This document shows positions 63,749 to 64,000 of a stretch of 64,000 bases of DNA, piece after piece. A program made the position numbers and the translations under genes. Source of the stretch: a virus; the IMG/VR virus record IMGVR_UViG_3300027754_005988, positions 62,970 to 126,969 of that record. One strand, written 5' to 3'. The first letter of the stretch is position 1. Every line of letters begins with the position of its first letter. The notes beneath the pieces were generated by a model. It made no database searches, was not told the origin of the DNA, and was given only the letters and a program-made list of their open reading frames with translations.

Positions 63749-64000
63749 ATGGGGTTATACCTTTTGGGTGATAGCCAATTAGATTCATTGACATTAAATG
63801 AAAAATATGTTAAACTAAAAGGTATTGAAGGTGTACTGTTAGTGGTTAATGAAGAAATAAGAGGGCAAGGTTGTGGTGACAAGTTAAAAGACTACCCAAA
63901 GACCCTTGATTTTGATTATATTTGGGGTCAACAACTAAAAACACTTAATAATTTAGAATATTGGTTAAAACGAAGAGAATTAATTACAGAAACTAAAAGT
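63749..64000 (+). CDS. GNAT-like acetyltransferase, runs off the window edge (possibly 5'-degenerate)
   Basis: VVNEEIRGQGCGDKL resembles GNAT motif A (R-G-x-G-x-G); no stop before nt 64000. Confidence 0.5.
   Translation, partial: MGLYLLGDSQLDSLTLNEKYVKLKGIEGVLLVVNEEIRGQGCGDKLKDYPKTLDFDYIWGQQLKTLNNLEYWLKRRELITETKS

Noticed and set aside
1-64000. Stop-codon reassignment (TAG or TGA recoding as in some large phages)
   Set aside because: Conserved genes are full length under code 11; TAG ends genes at natural C-termini (gp6-like, rnhB) and TGA ends 47560-48576, with no in-frame continuation.
1-64000. CRISPR array, tRNA or rRNA genes
   Set aside because: No regularly spaced repeat-spacer array seen; the only T-arm/acceptor structure found belongs to the tmRNA. 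A tRNAscan-SE run would be needed to exclude atypical tRNAs.

Overview
The window is a 64-kb segment of a very AT-rich (roughly 27-30% GC by eye) large or jumbo tailed-phage genome with myovirus-type baseplate genes, read in the standard genetic code. The host is most likely in Bacteroidota. Evidence: about 13 perfect-spacing (T)TTG-N19-20-TAnnTTTG promoters, a Bacteroidota-type RpoD homologue, an Hc1-like histone protein, SprB-type repeats, a CEKE lipoprotein and A-rich SD-less translation starts. Gene order, left to right: (1) replication and nucleotide genes (5'-3' exonuclease fragment, DnaB helicase, NrdB, intein-containing NrdA); (2) a ~24-kb baseplate/tail block (gp25-like, gp6-like, gp7-like, collar-fibre-like), interrupted by an antisense Zn-repeat/Vsr/GNAT homing endonuclease; (3) RuvC, primase, a PD-(D/E)XK exonuclease, an HNH relic, Mre11/Rad50 and a sigma factor; (4) membrane, lysis and internal-head genes; (5) early hypotheticals, RNase HII and a lipoprotein; (6) a protein-quality-control cluster (DnaJ, ClpP, tmRNA, FKBP PPIase). 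The most notable observations are an unusual tmRNA (26-codon AAA-ending tag, with a covarying tandem-hairpin array in place of pk2-pk4) two genes downstream of clpP, an unannotated late hexa-proline microprotein nearby, and a gene enclosed by a long-range inverted repeat. Also notable are two promoter classes sharing a TATTT core, a set of putative capsid-targeted cargo proteins including an HExxH protease, a baseplate protein with a long hydrophobic segment plus SprB repeats, and apparent elimination of GATC. All family assignments come from motif recognition by eye; no database searches were run.
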